In this document: piece after piece, positions 59,699-64,000 of the stretch
Layout of the letters: every line of letters begins with the position of its first letter
How positions within the stretch are numbered: position 1 is the stretch's first letter
Source of the DNA: Gammaproteobacteria bacterium
Lineage (GTDB): Bacteria > Pseudomonadota > Gammaproteobacteria > UBA1113
Direction of reading: 5' to 3'
NCBI GenBank assembly: GCA_020051155.1
Contig: JAGVJK010000006.1
Span: 24,719 to 88,718 of the forward strand
DNA length: 64,000 nucleotides
Translations under genes and position numbers: made by a program
The notes under the pieces: model-generated
The model's database searches: none
The model's input: only the letters and a program-made list of their open reading frames with translations
What the model was told of the DNA's origin: nothing

Positions 59699-60685
59699 AT
59701 GGCTGTACTCGGTGCTGGTTCTTGGGGAACAGCTATCGCACTGACGCTTGCACGCAATCAACAATCTGTGATGCTGTGGGATCATGATCTCGAGCAATGC
59801 GAGCGCATGATTGCTGACGGCGAAAATAAGCGTTATTTACCCGGTATTGCTTTGCCATCGACTATCCAGATTGAACCAGACTTAGCTGCGCTTTGTCATC
59901 ACTGCGATGATCTTATTTTTGTTGTGCCTAGTCATGCCTTTGCAGAAGTCTTGCGTCGTATTAAATTGTATTTGACGCCGGAACATCGTTTAGCATGGGG
60001 CACCAAAGGCTTAGATCCCAGCGGACACTTTCTCAGTGAGGTGGTGGCTCAAGAAATTCCCTTTGATATCCCCATTGCAGTTATGTCAGGCCCCTCCTTT
60101 GCAGGAGAGGTCGCGAAGCACATGCCCACCGCAATTACCATTGCAAGCCCATCATTGTCCTTCGCTCAAGATTTAGCGCAGGCCTTATCTCATGATACGT
60201 TTCGGGTGTATACCTCCACAGATATTATTGGCGCGCAGCTCGCAGGTGCCGCAAAAAATATTTTAGCTATTGCCACGGGAATTTCCGATGGGATTGGTTT
60301 TGGTGCTAATACGCGTTCTGCTTTAATGACACGCGGTTTAGCAGAAATGATTCGCTTAGGTGTGGCTGCTGGCGGACAGCAAGAAACCTTTATCGGTCTT
60401 GCTGGTGTGGGCGATTTAGTTTTAACCTGTACCGATAATCAATCTCGCAATCGCCGTTTTGGTTTAGCCATCGGTCAATCACAAGATGTTGATACGGCGA
60501 TGGCGGCTATTGGGCAAGTGGTCGAGGGCTATCAAGCTACCAAACTTATTTTAGGATTAGCTCAACGCTATCAAATTGAAATGCCCATTGTCGAGCAAGT
60601 TTATCAAGTACTATACAATCACCTATCCCCCAAACAAGCCGTCATCAATTTGATGTCGCGTCCTGCGAAATTAGAGACGGAGTGA
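59699..60685 (+). CDS. gpsA: NAD(P)H-dependent glycerol-3-phosphate dehydrogenase
   Basis: GAGSWGTA, SGPSFA.EV, KNILAIA.G, GDLVLTCTDNQSRNRRFG. Confidence 0.97.
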   Translation: MAVLGAGSWGTAIALTLARNQQSVMLWDHDLEQCERMIADGENKRYLPGIALPSTIQIEPDLAALCHHCDDLIFVVPSHAFAEVLRRIKLYLTPEHRLAWGTKGLDPSGHFLSEVVAQEIPFDIPIAVMSGPSFAGEVAKHMPTAITIASPSLSFAQDLAQALSHDTFRVYTSTDIIGAQLAGAAKNILAIATGISDGIGFGANTRSALMTRGLAEMIRLGVAAGGQQETFIGLAGVGDLVLTCTDNQSRNRRFGLAIGQSQDVDTAMAAIGQVVEGYQATKLILGLAQRYQIEMPIVEQVYQVLYNHLSPKQAVINLMSRPAKLETE

Positions 60686-60686
60686 G

Positions 60687-61694
60687 TTAAATAACCATCG
60701 TTTTATTTAATTCCCCCGGTGTTTCTCGTACCAGCTTTGGTACTAGATACCCAGGTAATTTTGCGGTTAATTGTTTCATTAAAGCAATTGCTTCAGCGTC
60801 GGATAAATAGAAATGAGCGCTACCATGAACTTTATCTAGCACATGCAAATAATAAGGTAACACGCCTATTGCAAACAGACGTTCACTCAGCGTTTGTAGT
60901 GTATTAACATCATCATTAATCCCTTTCAGTAAAACACTTTGATTGAGCAACGTGACACCCGCGTGTTTCAGTGTCGCCATGGCGACGGCAACATTCTCAT
61001 CACACTCGTTGGCGTGATTGCAATGCAACACCATCACGCTGTGTAGCCGAGAATGTTGTAAATTTTTCGCAAAGTCACTGGTAATACGTTCTGGTAGCAC
61101 CACGGGAATGCGACTATGAAATCGCAAGGTTGTCACATGAGGGATCGCCTCAAGTCGTTGCAGAAAATTCGCTAATTGCGCATCGCTCAATAACAGGGGA
61201 TCACCGCCGCTTAAGATGACTTCCTTAATACTATGATCTGCCCGAATATAATCGAGCGCTTGTTGCCATTGATTAAAACCAGGATTGTTTTCTTTATAAG
61301 GAAAGTGGCGTCGGAAACAATAACGACAATTAATCGCACAAGAGGCTGTAGCAGTGAGTAGCACGCGCCCATGATATTTGTGGAGTAAACCGGGAATAGG
61401 ATTGGGGAGGGCTTCCTCTAAGGGGTCATAAGAAAAGCCAGGGTGAATATCCAATTCTTTTGCGATGGGCAATACCTGTAATAGTAAAGGATCCGCCGGA
61501 TTCCCCACCTCCATTCGTGCTACAAAACCACGAGGCACCCGCAGTTTAAACCCCTGCCACGCGGCTTCCGCTCCCTCTAATAAACTCAAGGGTAATTGCA
61601 ATATTCTTAAGAGCTCCACCGGATCGGTAATCGATTGTTGCAGTAATTGCCCCCAAGAAAGGGAGGGTTTTAAGCTTTTTGTTGTTAACACCAT
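60687..61694 (-). CDS. epmB: EF-P beta-lysylation radical SAM lysine 2,3-aminomutase
   Basis: LLHKY..RVL, CAINCRYCFRRHFPY, SGGDPL, NQSVLL.GIND, PYYLH; divergent from efp. Confidence 0.95.
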   Translation of the reverse strand: MVLTTKSLKPSLSWGQLLQQSITDPVELLRILQLPLSLLEGAEAAWQGFKLRVPRGFVARMEVGNPADPLLLQVLPIAKELDIHPGFSYDPLEEALPNPIPGLLHKYHGRVLLTATASCAINCRYCFRRHFPYKENNPGFNQWQQALDYIRADHSIKEVILSGGDPLLLSDAQLANFLQRLEAIPHVTTLRFHSRIPVVLPERITSDFAKNLQHSRLHSVMVLHCNHANECDENVAVAMATLKHAGVTLLNQSVLLKGINDDVNTLQTLSERLFAIGVLPYYLHVLDKVHGSAHFYLSDAEAIALMKQLTAKLPGYLVPKLVRETPGELNKTMVI

Positions 61695-61759
61695 AGGTTT
61701 TATGTCGCAAATCAGTTAAAATGTGCGCGATTTTAACATTATTTGCCCAGAGGATATAT

Positions 61760-62326
61760 ATGGCAATTTATAGTACCAATGAATTTAAACAAGGCTTGAA
61801 ATTGCTAATGGATAATGATCCTTATAGCATCGTCGAAAATGAGTTTGTGAAACCCGGTAAAGGCCAAGCTTTTAACCGCGTGCGCATGCGTAATTTAAAG
61901 AACGGCCGAGTCGTGGAAAAAACCTTTAAATCCGGGGAAAGCTTAGAAGGCGCGGATGTGGTGGATGTGGAAGCCCAATACCTCTATAACGATGGTGAGT
62001 TCTGGCATTTCATGAATCCATCGTCCTTTGAACAATTCCAAGCATCAGAAGTCAGCATGGCTGATGCAACCCCTTGGATTAAAGAGCAAGACCTCTGCAT
62101 GGTTACACTCTGGAATGGCGTACCCTTAAGCATTAGCCCACCCAATTTTGTGGTCTTAAAAATTGTTGAAACTGATCCAGGTGTGAAAGGTGATACTTCC
62201 GGTGGTGGTACCAAACCAGCAAAATTAGAAACAGGCGCTGTGGTGAAGGTTCCCTTGTTTGTGCAAGAGGGCGAACTCATCAAAGTGGATACCCGTACGG
62301 GTGATTACGTTTCTCGAGTGAAATAA
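61760..62326 (+). CDS. efp: Elongation factor P
   Basis: [36 protein letters not shown]. Confidence 0.98.
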   Translation: MAIYSTNEFKQGLKLLMDNDPYSIVENEFVKPGKGQAFNRVRMRNLKNGRVVEKTFKSGESLEGADVVDVEAQYLYNDGEFWHFMNPSSFEQFQASEVSMADATPWIKEQDLCMVTLWNGVPLSISPPNFVVLKIVETDPGVKGDTSGGGTKPAKLETGAVVKVPLFVQEGELIKVDTRTGDYVSRVK

Positions 62327-62347
62327 AAGAGTTTTATTTCGTATTCT

Positions 62348-62370
62348 TAAGAGGGGGCGCCCCCCTCTTA
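62348..62370. terminator. Bidirectional terminator-like hairpin between efp and the PPTase gene
   Basis: TAAGAGGGGG-CGC-CCCCCTCTTA perfect 10-bp stem between convergent genes. Confidence 0.7.
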
Positions 62371-62373
62371 GTC

Positions 62374-63060
62374 TTAGATATTTTTAAATGCCACAGCAGC
62401 CGTATATCCAACGAGGGGCGTAAACCGATGCAGTTGCCATGGTTGCGCGATTTGTTGCTGACCTTCAAAAGAGATTAACCTCGCAGGCTCCGTGGGTAAC
62501 ACACTGACTTCACAGGTCGCCAAATGATGTGCAATCCCAACTCCCATCGCTTTTAGCACAGCTTCCTTTTGTGTCCATACTTGATAAAAAGCTGAAATTT
62601 GTTCTTCTGCTGTGAGCGACTGTAATGCCTCAAATTCCTTCGGATGAAAATAACGCTGCGCAATACTCAAAGCAGAAAGTTCCTCTCGATTGATAAACTC
62701 AATATCCACACCCACAGGTGTTTGCCGACTAAAACCAAATAGCATTCCATCACGCGCATGGGACAGATTAAAAGAAAGGGAACAATCTTTGATAAAAGGT
62801 TTGCCTTGCGGAGATCGCTCAAAAGTAATCGCCTCGGGTGTTTTCTGCAGATAATGAGCGAGTAGTTCTCGCAACAGACCATGCGCAATAATATAACGTG
62901 AAGATAATTCTGAAGTCACAAAACGTTGTGCTTTAGTTTGTTCTTCGGCATTTAATGTTGAATAAAAATAATCTTGATGCATCAAAAAATGAGAGACATC
63001 ACCCCACCATAATTCAATGGGTCCGATGCATTGTTGTGTGAGTGGAAGTGTTTCAATCAT
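62374..63060 (-). CDS. 4'-phosphopantetheinyl transferase, Sfp type
   Basis: GKP, FNLSH, VGVDIE, WTQKEAVLKA.G.G; start placed at MIETLP to avoid overlapping dam. Confidence 0.9.
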   Translation of the reverse strand: MIETLPLTQQCIGPIELWWGDVSHFLMHQDYFYSTLNAEEQTKAQRFVTSELSSRYIIAHGLLRELLAHYLQKTPEAITFERSPQGKPFIKDCSLSFNLSHARDGMLFGFSRQTPVGVDIEFINREELSALSIAQRYFHPKEFEALQSLTAEEQISAFYQVWTQKEAVLKAMGVGIAHHLATCEVSVLPTEPARLISFEGQQQIAQPWQLHRFTPLVGYTAAVAFKNI

Positions 63061-63178
63061 TATAAAGTGACTCACTGTTGAAAAAAAGATGAGCGCGCGA
63101 AGTATAACACGAAAAGAAATGGACGTCCTGCCCTTAGCAATAGTAAACTGCCGCATCGAATTTCTCTTTGAGGCTATT

Positions 63179-64000
63179 ATGACATCAGCAAGCCGACCCT
63201 TTTTAAAATGGCCTGGCGGCAAGTATGCGTTACGTGCGCATATTACGGCATTATTGCCACCCGGCAAGCGACTCATTGAGCCCTTTGTTGGAGCCGGTGC
63301 AATTTTTTTAAACACGGATTACAAAGAGTATCGATTAAGTGATAGCAATCCAGATTTAATTAATACGTATCAAACATTACAACAGTATGGCCAGAGATTT
63401 ATCGATGATGCGCAACAGTATTTTTCGCCGCACTATAATCAAGCCCATGTCTATTACGAGTTACGACAGCAATTCAACGAAAGTAATAATGCTTATTTAA
63501 AAGCGCTATTATTTTTATATTTGAATCGCCACGGTTATAACGGTCTGGTTCGCTACAATCAAAGTGGTATTTATAATGTTCCCTTTGGTCGCTATCAACG
63601 CGTGTATTTTCCCGAGGAGCAATTACATTTTTTTTATGAAAAATCGGCACGAGCGTTATTTTTATGTCAAGACTTTAGGCAAACCTTAAAGCAATCAAAA
63701 CGACATGATGTTATTTACTGTGATCCTCCGTACCTTCCTTTGAGCTCTTCAGCGAATTTTACAAAGTACAGTCGCAAAGATTTTACGTTGCAAGACCAGC
63801 AAGATTTAGCAACATTGGCTTGTCAATTGAAGGATAAAGGTGTGCATACTTTAATCTCAAATCATCACACACCGTGGGTTAAACAACTTTATGACGGTGC
63901 AATTTTAGAAACATTACAAGTAACACGAGTCATTAGTTGCAAAACGCAATCCCGCAAAGCGGTGAAGGAAATTTTAGCGTTATACATCGCAAAAAATAAA
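63179..64000 (+). CDS. dam: Dam-family DNA adenine methyltransferase, 3' end beyond window
   Basis: Own translation: MTSASRPFLKWPGGK, IEPFVGAGAIF, YLNRHGYNGL.RYN..G.YNVPFG, YCDPPY, LISNH; no stop before 64000. Confidence 0.93.
   Translation, partial: MTSASRPFLKWPGGKYALRAHITALLPPGKRLIEPFVGAGAIFLNTDYKEYRLSDSNPDLINTYQTLQQYGQRFIDDAQQYFSPHYNQAHVYYELRQQFNESNNAYLKALLFLYLNRHGYNGLVRYNQSGIYNVPFGRYQRVYFPEEQLHFFYEKSARALFLCQDFRQTLKQSKRHDVIYCDPPYLPLSSSANFTKYSRKDFTLQDQQDLATLACQLKDKGVHTLISNHHTPWVKQLYDGAILETLQVTRVISCKTQSRKAVKEILALYIAKNK

Noticed and set aside
23-62888. Numerous 60-112-aa ORFs nested in or antisense to core genes
   Set aside because: They overlap well-supported genes and show no recognisable motifs
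63061-63315. N-terminal extension of the PPTase ORF
   Set aside because: Overlaps the antisense dam start; the PPTase domain begins near 63060

Overview
Chromosomal window of a gammaproteobacterium. The gene content (dotU/icmF pair, LPO_1073-like protein, lone TraI-domain protein) suggests a Legionellales/Coxiellaceae-like lineage; this is inference. Most of it is core backbone: ptsP-tauE-lgt-thyA, gpmI-envC-ctpA, fis-purH-purD, aroQ-accB-accC-prmA, folM/queD/midA, rlmI, rpsU-yqeY-dnaG-rpoD-tRNA-Ile2, rsgA, cca, zapB-zapA-6S RNA-ygfA-EVE, ygfB-pepP-pdxB-ubiH-ubiI, yibN-grxC-secB-gpsA, epmB/efp and dam (runs off the end, absent from the ORF track). Accessory parts are an AT-rich islet beside the tRNA (HEPN, IS scar, LPO_1073-like, Fic), a Schlafen/AlbA_2-HATPase-wHTH gene behind a 10-copy 9-mer array, a hipBA module with an internally deleted hipA, a MobH/TraI homologue lacking its catalytic histidines, and an HD-cNMP fusion. 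The strongest unannotated signal is a minus-strand module at about 20.4-21.7 kb: a 51-aa ORF, then a ~280-nt region with 12 GGA motifs, about half in hairpin loops (CsrB/RsmZ-like CsrA sponge), then a secreted Tyr-Arg-Pro repeat protein, then an ~85-nt two-hairpin element whose second, covarying copy lies just upstream of 6S RNA. All calls come from reading the sequence; no searches were run.
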